From Anaerolineae bacterium (lineage in GTDB: Bacteria; Chloroflexota; Anaerolineae; 4572-78; NAK82): 64,000 nucleotides of DNA. This document shows positions 9,238 to 21,504 of this stretch, piece by piece (the stretch's first letter is position 1; each line of letters opens with the position of its first letter). The translations under genes and the position numbers were made by a program. The stretch spans positions 2,753 to 66,752 of the forward strand of contig DAOTVI010000082.1 of NCBI GenBank assembly GCA_034436775.1, in the 5' to 3' direction. The notes beneath the pieces are model-generated. The model worked only from the letters and a program-made list of their open reading frames with translations. It made no database searches and was not told the origin of the DNA.

Positions 9238-12200
9238 ATGCAAGACTTGATGCGGTATTTGCGGGAAAACAAGCTAATTGTGCTCGCTGTCGTGACCGTC
9301 TGGGGTTTAGTGGTCATCGCAGCGGTCTTGGTGGCCGTATTAGTCGTGAGTCGGATCGGGTTAGCTCGACCACCCGAGACGGTGACCGGCATACCCACCA
9401 TCACAATTGAACCGACGGCTGGCCCGCCGGGCACCTCCGTGACCGTGCGCGGTGAGAACTGGCCCTCCGAGACGATGGTGCTGGTCTATCTCCTGGCGCC
9501 CGAGGAGACAGCACTGCCCAGCTACGCAATGGCAGGCAATCTGACGGACACCCAAGGCCGCTTTGACACCCAGTTTACCATCCCCAGCGATGCGAAATGG
9601 CGCACTCCCGGCGTCGCGACGGTGGTCGCCCAGGTGGTGGGCGGAGGATTGACCGCCCAAGCCTCCTTCAATCTGGAAGCGGCTGTGGAGACCCCCACAC
9701 CGACGGTAGCCGCCACGCCGACCATAACACCCACCCCGGAAATGCCCACCGCCACCCCTGCACCAATCCTCACCCCACAACCGGGCGCTCCGCGGATCAC
9801 CGCCAACACAGACCTCAACGTACGCAGCGGTCCGGGCACCCAGTATCCCTCCCTGGGTCTGCTGGCAGCGGGTCAGACCGCTCCGGTGACCGGACGGAAC
9901 GCCGAAGGGAATTGGTGGCAGATCACCTTTCCGGGTGTACCGGGTGAACGTGGTTGGGTGGCCGGGCAATATGTGACCGCGGAGAATGTGACCGACGTGC
10001 CGGTGGTGGCACCACCGCCGCCTCCGCCCCAACTACCGACACCGTTTCTGCCTCCACCCACTTTAGTGCCTCCGCCCCCGCCTACACCGCCTGTCATTAC
10101 CGATTGGCGCGGAGAGTACTTCAACAACCCCGCCTTAAGCGGTGCACCGGTACTGGTGCGCAATGACCCGGCCATTAACTTCGACTGGGGCGCCGGCTCC
10201 CCTGCGCCCAACATACCACCGGATCGTTTCTCGGCCCGTTGGACGCGCACCATCGGTTTCCCCGGCGGCACATACCGTTTCTATGTGCGCGTGGATGACG
10301 GCGTCCGACTGTGGATTGACGGCAATTTGATCATTGACCGATGGCATGAAACCGCGCCGGCACTCTATGCCGCCGATGTCACCCTAAGCGAGGGACCCCA
10401 TCACCTGCGCCTGGAATACTTCGAGTGGACCGGCAATGCATTGGTTCAGCTGATGTGGGAGCGGTTGGAGTCGTATCCGGATTGGAAGGCAGAGTATTAT
10501 GCCAACCCCAATCTGACAGGCAACCCCGTGCTGGTGCGCAACGAACTGGATATCCATTACAACTGGGGGCAGGGCTCGCCCGGACCGGGGGTGCCGGCCG
10601 ATAACTTCTCCGCACGTTGGACGCGCCAGATCGGCTTTGAGGGCGGCACCTATCGCTTCAGCGTGCGGGTGGACGACGGCGCACGCCTGTGGATTGACGA
10701 CCAGTTGGTGATCGACGATTGGCGCGACGGTGGCTCGCGTTGGGTGCGCGCTGAGCGTTCTCTCAATGCCGGCATCCACCGCCTGCGGTTGGAATATTAC
10801 GAGCGTACCGGCGATGCCCTGATCACGCTGCGTTGGGAACGGCTTGACACAGGTCAGGGACAACCGGCCAATCGGCCACCGCGAGCGAACCCAGGCGGGC
10901 CTTATGTCGTGGATGAGGGCTCCGAGATCATCCTCGATGGCACCGCCTCACGTGACGAAGATGGGCGCATTGTCCTTTACCAGTGGGGCACCACCACCGA
11001 CGGACGTACCATCAATGTGATCGGCAGCGGACCTGTCGTGAGCACCTCTTTTGCGGATGGCCCGGCTTCCGTACTTGTCGGGCTGCGTGTGACTGACGAT
11101 CGCGGCGCCACCGACCTGGCTACCACCCGTGTGGAGGTGCGGAATGTGCCGCCCATCGCCTTTGCTGGCGGTCCTTACTCCGGCCGTGTGGGCCAACCGG
11201 TGACCCTCTCAGCGTCGGCCTATGACCCCAGTCCGGCCGACCAGGCAACGCTGAGCTACCGTTGGGATTTCGGCGACGGTTTGCAGGGCAGTGGGGCGGT
11301 GGTCAGCCATGTCTATAACAGTCCCGGCACCTACATCGTCACAGTCACCGTCACGGACAAGGACGGCGGACAAGGGGTTGCCCGAACGACCGTCCACATC
11401 GGCGCTATGGGGCAACCGCCGCGGGCGATCATCAGTGGGCCTACCAGCGCTCGAGTGGGTCAGCTGCTCACCTTCAGCGCAGTGAATTCGTATGACCCAG
11501 ATGGGCAAATCGTCTGGTACCGCTGGGACTTTGGGGATGGCAGCACGGCAGAAGGCATCGTGGTCAACCATGTGTACAATAACCCGGCTATTTACCAGGT
11601 GACCCTCTTGGTGATCGACAGCGAAGGTATGGTGGCGACGGCCGCGATCCGGGTGGACATCGTGTCGCCGACGCCCACACCCACAGCAACACCGATACCA
11701 ACCCCGACACCGACACCTACGGCGACCCCAACGCCCGGCCCAACCGCCACTCCGACGTGGACGCTCACCGCGACGTGGACGCCGATGCCGACTGATACAC
11801 CCACTGCAACTTGGACGCCTGAGCCCACACCGACAGGGACTCTGACACCCAGCGCCACGCCCACGCCGACCTGGACGCCGCTGCCGACCGACACACCGAC
11901 GGCAACCTGGACACCCGAGCCCACACCGACCTGGACACCACTGCCGACCGACACACCGACGGCAACCTGGACACCTGAACCCACACCGACCCCCGGGCAG
12001 CCGCCGGTGGCACAGATCACCGGGCCGGCGAGCGGGCTGGTGGGTGAGACGCTCACCTTTGACGGAAGCGGCTCGTCTGACCCGGACGGCGCCATCACGG
12101 CCTATGCCTGGGACTTCGGCGATGGCGCGAGTGCGAGTGGCCCGGCAGTACAGCACAGCTATGCTGCGCCCGGCACGTACACGGTGGTGTTGACGGTGGT

Positions 12201-13176
12201 GGACGGTGGAGGGTTGATCGGACAGGCTCTTTGGAGCGTGACAATCGTAGCACCCACACCGACGCCAGTGCCACCGACGCCCACACCGGTGCCGCCGACG
12301 GATACGCCCACGCCCGAGCCCACGGAGACACCGACACCGGAGCCGACCCCCGGGCAGCCGCCGGTGGCACAGATCACCGGGCCGGCGAGCGGGCTGGTGG
12401 GTGAGACGCTCACCTTTGACGGGAGCGGCTCGTCTGACCCGGACGGCGCCATCACGGCCTATGCCTGGGACTTCGGCGATGGCACGAGTGCAAGTGGCCC
12501 GGCAGTACAGCACAGCTATGCTGCGCCCGGCACGTACACGGTGGTGCTGACGGTGACCGACGAGGGCGGATTGAGCGGACAGGCGAGCTGGTCGGTGGTG
12601 ATCGAGCAGCCCACACCTACTCCGGTGCCGAACCAGCCGCCAGTAGCCGTCATCGCGGCGCCGCCTCAGACACAGGTGGGCATCCTGTTGACGCTGAACG
12701 GCGGCAGCTCGGTTGACCCGGATGGAAGTATCGTTCAGTACGCCTGGAATTTCGGCGATGGCAGTGCCTGGAACGGGGTGACGGTCAACAAGGTGTACAC
12801 GCAAACGGGTGTCTATACCATCACGCTGACGGTGACCGACAACGCGGGAGCCATTGGTCAGGCTTCGCAACTCATCACAGTTGAACCACCACCGCCCGAT
12901 AATGTACCTCCGACGGCGGTCATCAGTGGCCCCGGCATGGCAGGTGGAGTGCCGCAGCAAGCGCTCACCTTCAGCGGCGCCACCTCGGGTGATGACGATG
13001 GCAACATCGTGCAGTACATCTGGGACTTCGGAGATGGCACCGTGGCTTATGACCCGGAGGTGACCAAGATCTACGAGCAGCCGGGCACCTATACGGTGGT
13101 GCTGACCGTCACAGATGACGGCGGCCTGAGTGGCCAGGCGTGGCATGTGGTGACGATTGTGCCACCGCCAGAGTGA
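9238..13176 (+). CDS. large surface protein: TM anchor, Ig-like, SH3b, 2x PA14, 7x PKD with Pro/Thr linkers
   Basis: [11 protein letters not shown] (SH3b); WRGEYFNN and WKAEYYAN...DDG(V/A)RLWID (PA14 x2); seven PKD-like repeats, six with W(D/N)FGDG. Confidence 0.9.
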   Translation: MQDLMRYLRENKLIVLAVVTVWGLVVIAAVLVAVLVVSRIGLARPPETVTGIPTITIEPTAGPPGTSVTVRGENWPSETMVLVYLLAPEETALPSYAMAGNLTDTQGRFDTQFTIPSDAKWRTPGVATVVAQVVGGGLTAQASFNLEAAVETPTPTVAATPTITPTPEMPTATPAPILTPQPGAPRITANTDLNVRSGPGTQYPSLGLLAAGQTAPVTGRNAEGNWWQITFPGVPGERGWVAGQYVTAENVTDVPVVAPPPPPPQLPTPFLPPPTLVPPPPPTPPVITDWRGEYFNNPALSGAPVLVRNDPAINFDWGAGSPAPNIPPDRFSARWTRTIGFPGGTYRFYVRVDDGVRLWIDGNLIIDRWHETAPALYAADVTLSEGPHHLRLEYFEWTGNALVQLMWERLESYPDWKAEYYANPNLTGNPVLVRNELDIHYNWGQGSPGPGVPADNFSARWTRQIGFEGGTYRFSVRVDDGARLWIDDQLVIDDWRDGGSRWVRAERSLNAGIHRLRLEYYERTGDALITLRWERLDTGQGQPANRPPRANPGGPYVVDEGSEIILDGTASRDEDGRIVLYQWGTTTDGRTINVIGSGPVVSTSFADGPASVLVGLRVTDDRGATDLATTRVEVRNVPPIAFAGGPYSGRVGQPVTLSASAYDPSPADQATLSYRWDFGDGLQGSGAVVSHVYNSPGTYIVTVTVTDKDGGQGVARTTVHIGAMGQPPRAIISGPTSARVGQLLTFSAVNSYDPDGQIVWYRWDFGDGSTAEGIVVNHVYNNPAIYQVTLLVIDSEGMVATAAIRVDIVSPTPTPTATPIPTPTPTPTATPTPGPTATPTWTLTATWTPMPTDTPTATWTPEPTPTGTLTPSATPTPTWTPLPTDTPTATWTPEPTPTWTPLPTDTPTATWTPEPTPTPGQPPVAQITGPASGLVGETLTFDGSGSSDPDGAITAYAWDFGDGASASGPAVQHSYAAPGTYTVVLTVVDGGGLIGQALWSVTIVAPTPTPVPPTPTPVPPTDTPTPEPTETPTPEPTPGQPPVAQITGPASGLVGETLTFDGSGSSDPDGAITAYAWDFGDGTSASGPAVQHSYAAPGTYTVVLTVTDEGGLSGQASWSVVIEQPTPTPVPNQPPVAVIAAPPQTQVGILLTLNGGSSVDPDGSIVQYAWNFGDGSAWNGVTVNKVYTQTGVYTITLTVTDNAGAIGQASQLITVEPPPPDNVPPTAVISGPGMAGGVPQQALTFSGATSGDDDGNIVQYIWDFGDGTVAYDPEVTKIYEQPGTYTVVLTVTDDGGLSGQAWHVVTIVPPPE
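11866..11990 (+). repeat. tandem 60-bp coding repeat ([20 protein letters not shown]), with a third diverged copy just upstream
   Basis: ctggac(g/a)cc(g/a)ctgccgaccgacacaccgacggcaacctggacacc repeated at 60-nt spacing. Confidence 0.85.
11986..12555 (+). repeat. 213-bp intragenic direct repeat (11986-12198 and 12343-12555) encoding PKD4 and PKD5
   Basis: Manual alignment at offset 357 shows about 4 mismatches. Confidence 0.92.
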
Positions 13177-13201
13177 ACGCGATCGGACTGAGTTGTACGG
13201 C

Positions 13202-13227
13202 AGAAAGGCGCCGTCCGGCGCCTTTCT
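13202..13227. terminator. bidirectional intrinsic terminator between convergent genes
   Basis: AGAAAGGCGCC-GTCC-GGCGCCTTTCT perfect inverted repeat followed by TGCTTTCC. Confidence 0.8.
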
Positions 13228-13284
13228 TGCTTTCCTGAGGAACTTCTGTGCTCGCTCGGCTGTCATGCAGCCGGGCAGTGGGCA

Positions 13285-14145
13285 TTACCAGAACTCAGGA
13301 GGAATAGGGAACACCGGCTCCAGACCATCGCTCATCCGCTCCAGCTGTCGGTATTCATCTGGGGAGAGCGGGGTCAGGTGCGCGGCGATGTCGCACATCC
13401 ACCACAGGAATTCGGCATGGCTGGGGCTGACGGCGGCGGTGACAGGCTGCGACAGAGTGAAGCGCAGCGCCAGGGTGGCTTCTTCATAGCTTTCGACCGG
13501 TGAGTACCAGCACTTGGGCCATTTGTGCGGCTCATCCTTGCCCCACAGCCGTTTAGCGAGTGACTTGATCGCCAGGATGCCCATCCCGCGCTTGTGCGCT
13601 TCTTCTATCACGCGCGGCCCAAAGTTGCTGCGATACCACACCACATAGTTGATCGGAAACAGGATGGTGTCGAAGTCGAACCGTTCCATCAGCGCCAGGA
13701 CCGCTTCCTCTGAGTGGGCGGAGAAACCCAAATACCGTGTCAAGCCTTGCTCACGTGCCCTGACAAAGGCTTCCATGGCGCCGCCCGGCGCGAAGATCTC
13801 TTCGACTTCCTCCAGCGTCCGCACTTCGTGCAATTGATACAGGTCGAAGTAATCGGTGCGCAATCGCTTGAGCGAGGCGTGTAAGAACTGCGTGGCCTCT
13901 TGAGCGTTGCGTTTCTTCGTCTTGCATGCGAGAAACACGGATTTGCGATAGGGCTGCAGCGCCGGACCCAAACGTTCCTCGGCGTTGCCATAGCTCGGTG
14001 ACACATCAAAGTAATTGATGCCACGATCAATTGCCTGTGCCACCAGACGGCATGCCGCCTCCGGCTCCTCGTTCATCACGACAATGCCCCCGAAGCCCAC
14101 TACGCTCAGCATTTCTCCAGTACGACCTAGCGTTCTCTTTTCCAC
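13285..14145 (-). CDS. aldo/keto reductase
   Basis: KRTLGRTG, GINYFDVSPSYG, SLKRLRTDYFDLYQLH, GFSAH. Confidence 0.9.
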   Translation of the reverse strand: MEKRTLGRTGEMLSVVGFGGIVVMNEEPEAACRLVAQAIDRGINYFDVSPSYGNAEERLGPALQPYRKSVFLACKTKKRNAQEATQFLHASLKRLRTDYFDLYQLHEVRTLEEVEEIFAPGGAMEAFVRAREQGLTRYLGFSAHSEEAVLALMERFDFDTILFPINYVVWYRSNFGPRVIEEAHKRGMGILAIKSLAKRLWGKDEPHKWPKCWYSPVESYEEATLALRFTLSQPVTAAVSPSHAEFLWWMCDIAAHLTPLSPDEYRQLERMSDGLEPVFPIPPEFW

Positions 14146-14173
14146 AATCTGCTCTCCTTCTTAATAGATATCT

Positions 14174-15070
14174 CTACGCCTCCGGGATCAGCGTCGTCTC
14201 GATGATCTGATCCAACGAGAAATTATGGGCCTGCAAGTAATGCTTGACCACCTCCTCGAGAGCGCCCAGGGGCAAAGGGCCGATCAGCTCACTGCCGGCG
14301 ATGCTCACCCCGAAGCGTGCCGCCTCCGTCCGAATGGTCTCCAAGACCCGTGGGATAGGGGTTTGGGTGTAGTTGGTCAGGTTCATCGAAACCTGGACCA
14401 TGCCCTGATCCTCCAATGCCAGTGCGATGGCCCGCACATAACGATAGCCGCCGTTGATGTGACGCACAGCCCGGGCGATATGCTGGGCGACTTTCAAATC
14501 CGGAGTGCGCAGATTGACATTGAAAGCGATTAAGGGGAAGCGCGCCCCGGTGATCAGTGCGCCCGATTGGGGATTGAATACGGCGGGGCCCTCATCGGGC
14601 TGCCATGCCAGGTCGAGCAGCTTTTGAGGCAACCCCTCATACTCGCCCTTGCGGATGTCGGCCAGGTTGCGCCGTTCGGGGCGCGTCGCTGCTTCCTCGT
14701 AGTAATACACCGGGATGCCCAATTCACCGACAAACCGGCCGAAGCGGCGCGCGATCTCGACCGCAGCGCGCATTTCCATGCCCCGCACCGGCACAAAGGG
14801 CACTACATCCACCGCGCCCAGGCGAGGATGCGCCCCCTGATGGTGCCGCATATCAATGCGCTCCAGGGCAACGCGGGTCATCGCCTGGGCAGCCTGCAGG
14901 ACAGCCTCAGGCTGCCCCAAAAAAGTGAACACCGAGCGGTTATGGTGCGCATCGGCGGAGTAGTCCAGCAGTTTAACCCCCGGCGTGCCACGAATCGCAT
15001 CGGCCACGGCCTCGATCGTGGCCATTTCCCTTCCTTCACTGATGTTGGGCACACACATCAAGACAGCCAC
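14174..15070 (-). CDS. ftcD: glutamate formiminotransferase (FtcD transferase domain)
   Basis: CVPNISEGR, DAHHNRSV, IDMRHHQGAHPRLGAVDVVPF, LIAFNVNL, QVSMNL. Confidence 0.92.
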   Translation of the reverse strand: MAVLMCVPNISEGREMATIEAVADAIRGTPGVKLLDYSADAHHNRSVFTFLGQPEAVLQAAQAMTRVALERIDMRHHQGAHPRLGAVDVVPFVPVRGMEMRAAVEIARRFGRFVGELGIPVYYYEEAATRPERRNLADIRKGEYEGLPQKLLDLAWQPDEGPAVFNPQSGALITGARFPLIAFNVNLRTPDLKVAQHIARAVRHINGGYRYVRAIALALEDQGMVQVSMNLTNYTQTPIPRVLETIRTEAARFGVSIAGSELIGPLPLGALEEVVKHYLQAHNFSLDQIIETTLIPEA

Positions 15071-15115
15071 AAAAGCACCTCACACTTCAGCATGCTCCGC
15101 ATGCACATTCTGCCA

Positions 15116-15712
15116 CTAAAGCGACACGTCAGACGCGGAAGTACTCTCACGCAGGCGCTCTGCGCGACGGGCGAGCCTGGCACGCGTTTCGGCATCTCTG
15201 ATCGCGCGCAAGTTTGTTTCGACATTTGACAGACATCCTTGCTGCCCCGCGTGTGCCAGCAGCTCGGCGCACTCCAGGTCAGAGATCACATTGGGGTTAC
15301 AGTGATCCCGTAACATACGGCACAGCTGCAAAACCCGCCGACAATGTTCGGCATTTGCCAGAGGCACATCGGTGGCGTGCACCAATGCCGACTGGATGGC
15401 TATGGAACGTTCCTCGCGCTGTGTTGCGCTCGACTTGGGCAACCGGTAGGCGGCACACACGGCGTCGAACGCCTGGGCATCGGCATCGGCGCCGGCCAGC
15501 AACTGGCGCGCGATCTCTTCCGCCTCAGCTGCCACCGCGGTATAAAATGTGTCAGGTTGAGGTAGTCCCCTGCCGACCGAGAGGCGCGCTACCATCGCCA
15601 GCAGTGCAGCGGCCATTGCCCCGGCAATCGCAGCGGCTGCGCCTCCACCGGTAGCGTTGTCGGCAGGATCCAAAATGCGGCGGAATGCTTCACTGCCTGG
15701 ATGATCGCTCAT
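15116..15712 (-). CDS. formiminotetrahydrofolate cyclodeaminase / cyclohydrolase family protein
   Basis: ATGGGAAAAIAGAMAAAL, DADAQAF, SDLECA; start reassigned to MSDHP at 15712. Confidence 0.85.
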   Translation of the reverse strand: MSDHPGSEAFRRILDPADNATGGGAAAAIAGAMAAALLAMVARLSVGRGLPQPDTFYTAVAAEAEEIARQLLAGADADAQAFDAVCAAYRLPKSSATQREERSIAIQSALVHATDVPLANAEHCRRVLQLCRMLRDHCNPNVISDLECAELLAHAGQQGCLSNVETNLRAIRDAETRARLARRAERLRESTSASDVSL

Positions 15713-15859
15713 TCCAACTCGCCCACCTTGGTCGGGATCGGCACCTGCGGGCCGGCCACTGCCGCCCCTTATGTAGTGGCCGGCCACGATGCCAGGAACA
15801 AGAAAGCTGCTGGGTCAGCGACCCTGATATGTTTGATGGATTGTGACGACAATGCGATG

Positions 15860-18800
15860 CTAGCTCCCCGGTGTCTCAGAGACTTTTGATGCAGTATCTG
15901 CGTTCGGTCTGTCGGGCGAGGATTGCCCCAAGATCCGATGAAGCGTTTCCTCCAATTCCTTAAATTGCACCGGCTTCGCGATATATCCATCCATCCCCGC
16001 CTCCAGGCAACGTTCACGGTCGCCCTTCATCGCGTGGGCGGTCATGGCAATAATGGGCACGTGACGGCCGGTACCGCGCTCTTGCCTGCGGATCAGCGCC
16101 GTCGCCTCAAAACCGTCCATCTCGGGCATTTGCACGTCCATTAATATCAGGTGATAAGGGATGGTCTGCCACGCCCGTACCGCCTCCAGGCCATTGGCCA
16201 CCACATCCACCCGATAACCCAGCTTCTCCAGCATCCGCAGTGCAACTTTCTGATTGATCACATTGTCTTCGGCCAGCAAGATGCGCGCCTTAGGCGGGCT
16301 TTCAACGGTTCCGCCTTCCGCTGCGGCAGGCAAGGGGGCAGTGGGTAACGGATGGGTAGCCCGGCGATGGCCGGCCGCGATCAAAGCCTCCAACAGCTGT
16401 CGGTTGCGCACCGGTTTGGTGAGCACGGCATCCACACCGACCGAACGCAATTGATCAGCCTCTGGCCGTCGGTCCATCGAGGAAAGCATTACCAGCGCGA
16501 CCGAATCCAGGTCATGGTTGGTGCGGATACAATTGGCCAACATCTCGCCGTCCATATCCGGCATCTGCATATCGATCAGCACCACCCGATACGGTTCTTC
16601 ATCCCTCTCGACCGTTTGGAGCAGCTTTTGCAACGCTTCACCGGCGCTTGCGACTTCCTCGGGTTGACATCCCCAGTTACGTAGTTGCTCGCGCAAGATC
16701 AGGCGGTTGGTCGCGCTGTCGTCCACGATCAGCACGCGGCGTCCGCGCAGCCAATCGGGCAAAGGCGGGACGGTCTCCTCGGCAGCCTCCATAGGCAGCT
16801 TTTCGAAAACGGCCGTAAACCAAAACGTGGAACCTTTGCCCACCTCACTCTCGGCCCCAATTTGTCCTCCCATGAGTTCAGCCAGCCTTTTTGAGATCGC
16901 CAACCCCAACCCAGTGCCACCATACTTGCGCGTGGTCGAAGCGTCTAACTGCGAGAAGGATTGGAAGAGGCGATCAAAGCGATCTTTGGGGATGCCAATC
17001 CCGGTATCCCGCACCACAAAGCGCACTGTGACGTGGGTAGCCGTCTCCTGCTCCCGGACCACGTGCAAGACTACCTCTCCCCTCTCGGTGAACTTGATTG
17101 CGTTGCCGATCAAGTTGGTGAGAATCTGGCGCAGGCGACCTGGGTCGCCTCGCACACGCGCCGGCACATTGGCGGCGATGTGACAGGCAAATTCCAGATC
17201 CTTGCGCTGCGCCTCAATGGCCAACATATCGGCAGTGTCTTCCACGGTGGCGCGCAGATCGAAGTCGAGCATCTCCAGCTCCAGTCGCCCCGCTTCGATC
17301 TTGGAATAATCCAAAATATCGTTGATGATCTGCAACAGCGATTCGGCGCTGTTATGCACCGTCTCAGCATACTCGCGTTGCTCTTTGTTGAGTGGCGTGT
17401 CGAGCAATAAACCGGTCATGCCCAAAATGGCGTTCATCGGGGTGCGGATCTCATGGCTCATATTGGCCAGGAATTGGCTCTTGGCGCGGCTGGCAGCTTC
17501 GGCCGCTTCCTTGGCCTGGCGCAGCGCTTCCTCGATCCGCTTGCGCTCGGCCAGCTCCCTCTGTACGGCTTCGTACAGGCGACTGTTCTCCAATGCGTGA
17601 CCCGCCACCGCTGTCACCGCCTGCACCAGGCTGATCTCCTCTTCGGTGAATTGACGCGGCGCGGTGGCGTCCAATCCCAATGTCCCGACAATCTGATCCC
17701 GTACCAGGAGCGGCACGATCATCAAGGTCACCGTGCCGCGGGCACGATGGAGATCGTGCACCGCGGCTGTGCGCGCATCTGTCTGGGCATTGGGAATGAT
17801 CACCGGAGCGCGGGTGGCCAGCACCTCCTGTGTGGCCGGGTTGTTGGCAAGCGGGATGACCGCCCCCAATCCCGATGGGCGATCGGGACGGCGGTATTCG
17901 GCCACCACACGCAGCGCCTGACGATCTTCGGTGAACAGGGCAAACGCCGCCTGCGGCAGGTCGAGTGCCTGTGCGAGCTCCGTGCAAATCGCTTCCAGGA
18001 CTTGATAGGGATCCAAACTGGACGCTGCAGCCATCAAAACGCGATTCATCAGCTGCAGGCGCTCCAGACTGCGACGGATTTCCTCCTCGGCCCGCTTGCG
18101 CTGGGTAATATCGTGCCCGATCCCGACAATGCCGATGACTTTGCCCGCCGCATCACGCAGAGGCACCTTGGTGGTCGCAAGCCATACCGGATTGCCTTGT
18201 GCGTCCCGTGCGGGTTCCTCGATATTCAGCAGGAGCTGACCGGTTTGGATGACGCGCTGCTCGTCCCGGTAGAATTTCTCGGCCAGTTCTCGGGGATAGA
18301 AGTCGAAATCGGTTTTGCCGAGCAGCTCATCTGGAGTGGCCGCGCCCATCAGCTGTGCCAGTGCCACGTTGCCCACAAGAAAACGGCCCTCGGTGTCCTT
18401 CACGTAAACGAAGTCCGGCAGGTTGTCGATCAGGACGCGCAGCAGATTACGTTCTGCACGCAGTTGCGCTTCCATCTCCCGGCGCCAGGTGATATCTGTG
18501 CCGATGGAGAGGATTTCCTGCAAGTTGCCGTGTTCGTCGTAAATGGGTTTGTTCGTCCATGCCACCCAGAGGCGTGAGCCATCACGGCGCATGTTCTCGT
18601 TTTCGTTGTAGCCGCCACGCTCGGGATCAGCCAGGATGCTTTCCACCATCAAATCCAGCGGACGTCCGGCCGAGTCCACCGGTGGCACAATCGTGCCCAC
18701 TACATGGTGGCCGAGCACCTCTTGGGCTGTGTAACCGAAAACCTTTTCGGCAAACTCGTTAAAGAAGGTGATACGACCCTGCGCGTCCACCCGCAGGATG

Positions 18801-21166
18801 ATGCTGTTAGCATGTTGCAGCAGCTCGCGATAACGCGCCTCACTGGCACGCCGCGCTTCTTCTGCCTGCACGCGCACGATCGCACCGCCAACGGTCGCCG
18901 CGATGGCTTCCAAGGCGCTGCGCGTGTACAGAGGTATCTCATCCTTTGTCCAGGACATCACCACAATGCCGGCAATGACCTTTTCTTCGTGCTGAACAGG
19001 CAGCAATGCAATGGCCCGCCCTGGATGTTCAGGTTGATAATTAAACAAGGCATGCAAATGGTCACAATGCGTGTAGACGGGTTCCCCGGCCATCAGCAGC
19101 CGTGTCAGCGGTGAATCCGGTGCACTTTGGGCGGTGATAGCGATGAACTCCTCAGACATTCCCTGTTGGTAGGCCAGGGACAAGCTGCCGGTGCGTTCAT
19201 CGACCAGATAAGTGGCACCACCTTCCATATCGGATACGCGCAGTGCGGCGGCGATGCACAGGCGGAATGCTTCTGCTTCCACAGCGCTCAGCGCCAGGCC
19301 CAGGTCGCGCTGAACGCGGCCCAGCTCTTCAGCGCGCACCCGTTCGGTGACGTCGCGCAGCACCCCGCGGAAGCCGATAACCTTTCCTCCGGTATCTCGG
19401 ATGACAACCGCTGTCGCTTCACACGCGATCAGTGTGCCGTCCCGACAACGTACCCACAAGGACAGAGGGGGTATGGATTGTCCACTCTGGAGCTCCTGAG
19501 CTGCCTTCAAGACCTTCTCCCACGAATCCGAGGTCAACAGCTTGTTGATGGGTATTCGGAGGAGATGTTCGACCTCATACCCCGAGAGACGATGGGCCAT
19601 TTGGTTCACATAGGTGATGTTCAAATCGGTGTCGAGCTCAAAGATGACATCGGGCAGCATTTCGGCCATCTCACGGAAGCGCGCCTCGCTCGCTTGCAAG
19701 GCCATCTGGCGCGCCTGCACCGCTTGACGCATATGTTCCAGCGTTGTCGCCAGCGTCCCAATCTCGTCGTGAGAGGGAACGGGGATCGGCTGATCATAGT
19801 CACCATGTGCCAGGCTCTGTGCCGCATGACTGATCACGGTGAGCGGCCGATTGATCGAACGGGCCAGGACAAAAGCGACCACCGTGACGAAAAGCAGCAT
19901 CAGAATAACGGCGGCCACATAGGACAGCCGTAGCCGGGTGATGTTCTGGGTGATTGTTGCGGTTCCGTGGGCAATATGTCCATCCAGGCGGGCAAGTGTC
20001 AGATTCTGCAACGCTACGACTTCCTCGGCGGGTGCGACAAGGCTGATGCTCCATCCGGGCGGCTCGACGAGCTCAAAGGCCCAAAAGTACCTCTTGCCAT
20101 CCGGGGCAGTATAGCTTTCCAGGCCACTTTCACCGCCTTGGATGCGCTCAATCACAGCACGGAACGGGCCATTTTTGATTTGATCGAGATAGATTGAAAG
20201 TGGCTGGCCCCACTGAAACTCCCCGCTCAGCTCAGCATCAATTCCCAAGAAGGGGGCTGCTTGGGGTGGGAAAGCGATGAGCTGGCCGCTGCGTACCATC
20301 AAGAAGGCAAAGCCGGTCTGCTGAACGTGAACACTATCGACATATTCGCTCAGCACATTGAGCGTGACATCCAGGCCTACCACACCGACCAGTTCTGAAT
20401 TCCCACGATAGACAGGGGCAATACAGGAAACCATCCAGCCCATGCCGGCCGGATCCCAATAAACACCGGTCCACACCGGTTTGCGTTCGGGATTGTGTTG
20501 TGCATCGGCCAGATAGTAGAACTCATACGAAGTCATATCTTGATCGGGCGAGATGGTGGCGTCGGCGTCTATGTCAATGGGTTCACCATCCATAAAGCGC
20601 ATGCCGCGCGTGAGGTGGCTCTGCGTGTTAATATAAGCTTGGCCGACCAGTGGATTGCGCTTCCCAATGCTGGCAAAGACCAGATCCAGGTACTCGGTCA
20701 GATAGATCTCCTGAAGTAGCTCGGCACTCACCTGCCCGTTCTCATCCAGCCCGGGATTGAGCACGACCAGCCACGAATAGTCACCTCCACTCAAACTGGA
20801 AAATGCTCCGTTGGCACCGATGCCATAGCGGTGCGGACGCGCGTAGCGCTTTAATGTATCGGCATGGTTATAGAGGTAGGTGGCATAGTCTGCTAAATAG
20901 GTGACATCCGTCTCGACGTGGGAGAGCTGCAAGGCACGTCGAGCGGAAACGTCTTCTGCTTGCGTTTCCAAAGCCTTTTTCAGCTGTTCGGTGAGCAGGA
21001 TGGACCAATCGTGCACGGCCATTTCGGCCACCTCACGATTGGTTTGCTGAGCGATCACAGAGGTCTGTTCCAGCGTGAGATAAGCGGCTGCTCCGCCGCC
21101 CAGGAAAGACACCGCCATAACCAGGATCAGCGCCAGAAGCAATTTGACGAAACGGCTCACCCTCAT
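15860..21166 (-). CDS. hybrid sensor histidine kinase: TM-dCache-TM-HAMP-PAS-GAF-PAS-PAS-GAF-HisKA-HATPase-REC-REC
   Basis: [15 protein letters not shown]-box, DTGIG and GGTGLGL boxes, two REC domains (LIDMQMP, LMDVQMP), extracytoplasmic WTGVYWD Cache motif. Confidence 0.93.
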   Translation of the reverse strand: MRVSRFVKLLLALILVMAVSFLGGGAAAYLTLEQTSVIAQQTNREVAEMAVHDWSILLTEQLKKALETQAEDVSARRALQLSHVETDVTYLADYATYLYNHADTLKRYARPHRYGIGANGAFSSLSGGDYSWLVVLNPGLDENGQVSAELLQEIYLTEYLDLVFASIGKRNPLVGQAYINTQSHLTRGMRFMDGEPIDIDADATISPDQDMTSYEFYYLADAQHNPERKPVWTGVYWDPAGMGWMVSCIAPVYRGNSELVGVVGLDVTLNVLSEYVDSVHVQQTGFAFLMVRSGQLIAFPPQAAPFLGIDAELSGEFQWGQPLSIYLDQIKNGPFRAVIERIQGGESGLESYTAPDGKRYFWAFELVEPPGWSISLVAPAEEVVALQNLTLARLDGHIAHGTATITQNITRLRLSYVAAVILMLLFVTVVAFVLARSINRPLTVISHAAQSLAHGDYDQPIPVPSHDEIGTLATTLEHMRQAVQARQMALQASEARFREMAEMLPDVIFELDTDLNITYVNQMAHRLSGYEVEHLLRIPINKLLTSDSWEKVLKAAQELQSGQSIPPLSLWVRCRDGTLIACEATAVVIRDTGGKVIGFRGVLRDVTERVRAEELGRVQRDLGLALSAVEAEAFRLCIAAALRVSDMEGGATYLVDERTGSLSLAYQQGMSEEFIAITAQSAPDSPLTRLLMAGEPVYTHCDHLHALFNYQPEHPGRAIALLPVQHEEKVIAGIVVMSWTKDEIPLYTRSALEAIAATVGGAIVRVQAEEARRASEARYRELLQHANSIILRVDAQGRITFFNEFAEKVFGYTAQEVLGHHVVGTIVPPVDSAGRPLDLMVESILADPERGGYNENENMRRDGSRLWVAWTNKPIYDEHGNLQEILSIGTDITWRREMEAQLRAERNLLRVLIDNLPDFVYVKDTEGRFLVGNVALAQLMGAATPDELLGKTDFDFYPRELAEKFYRDEQRVIQTGQLLLNIEEPARDAQGNPVWLATTKVPLRDAAGKVIGIVGIGHDITQRKRAEEEIRRSLERLQLMNRVLMAAASSLDPYQVLEAICTELAQALDLPQAAFALFTEDRQALRVVAEYRRPDRPSGLGAVIPLANNPATQEVLATRAPVIIPNAQTDARTAAVHDLHRARGTVTLMIVPLLVRDQIVGTLGLDATAPRQFTEEEISLVQAVTAVAGHALENSRLYEAVQRELAERKRIEEALRQAKEAAEAASRAKSQFLANMSHEIRTPMNAILGMTGLLLDTPLNKEQREYAETVHNSAESLLQIINDILDYSKIEAGRLELEMLDFDLRATVEDTADMLAIEAQRKDLEFACHIAANVPARVRGDPGRLRQILTNLIGNAIKFTERGEVVLHVVREQETATHVTVRFVVRDTGIGIPKDRFDRLFQSFSQLDASTTRKYGGTGLGLAISKRLAELMGGQIGAESEVGKGSTFWFTAVFEKLPMEAAEETVPPLPDWLRGRRVLIVDDSATNRLILREQLRNWGCQPEEVASAGEALQKLLQTVERDEEPYRVVLIDMQMPDMDGEMLANCIRTNHDLDSVALVMLSSMDRRPEADQLRSVGVDAVLTKPVRNRQLLEALIAAGHRRATHPLPTAPLPAAAEGGTVESPPKARILLAEDNVINQKVALRMLEKLGYRVDVVANGLEAVRAWQTIPYHLILMDVQMPEMDGFEATALIRRQERGTGRHVPIIAMTAHAMKGDRERCLEAGMDGYIAKPVQFKELEETLHRILGQSSPDRPNADTASKVSETPGS

Positions 21167-21200
21167 TGTCTACCACCTCTCCCATCAAGCACCGGCGAGG

Positions 21201-21476
21201 TTATGCATGCCACTCGATCTCATCCACGACGCCGGCCAGTACGGCACGCACCGCACCATCCGGCTCACGACCGAGAATTTGACGCCCCGAATTGCCTTCG
21301 TCAATGACGAATACGATGTCGCCCGGACCAGCCTGGGCGACATCGACACAGATGTCGTACTCGCCGGTCGGATTGCCGTTTAAATCCAGCTGATCGACCA
21401 CAAGCAGGCGGCGCCCTTCGTAGATCTCCAGCTTGATCGTACTCATCACACTTCCTCGCACGCGTCCGATGTACAT
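21201..21476 (-). CDS. EutN/CcmL family microcompartment vertex (BMC-P) protein
   Basis: MYIGRVRGSVMSTIK...VDVAQAGPGDIV...GNSGR...VRAVLAGVVD; start reassigned to 21476. Confidence 0.9.
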   Translation of the reverse strand: MYIGRVRGSVMSTIKLEIYEGRRLLVVDQLDLNGNPTGEYDICVDVAQAGPGDIVFVIDEGNSGRQILGREPDGAVRAVLAGVVDEIEWHA

Positions 21477-21504
21477 TGCAGAACCTCGTCCGTTTCGCAT
21501 TCGG

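Noticed and set aside
11690-12360. Regular repeats that could be mistaken for a CRISPR array
   Set aside because: In-frame coding Pro/Thr repeats with no unique spacers and no cas genes
11209-13266. 685-aa minus-strand ORF
   Set aside because: Antisense shadow of the PKD protein; Arg/Gly-rich low-complexity translation with no motifs
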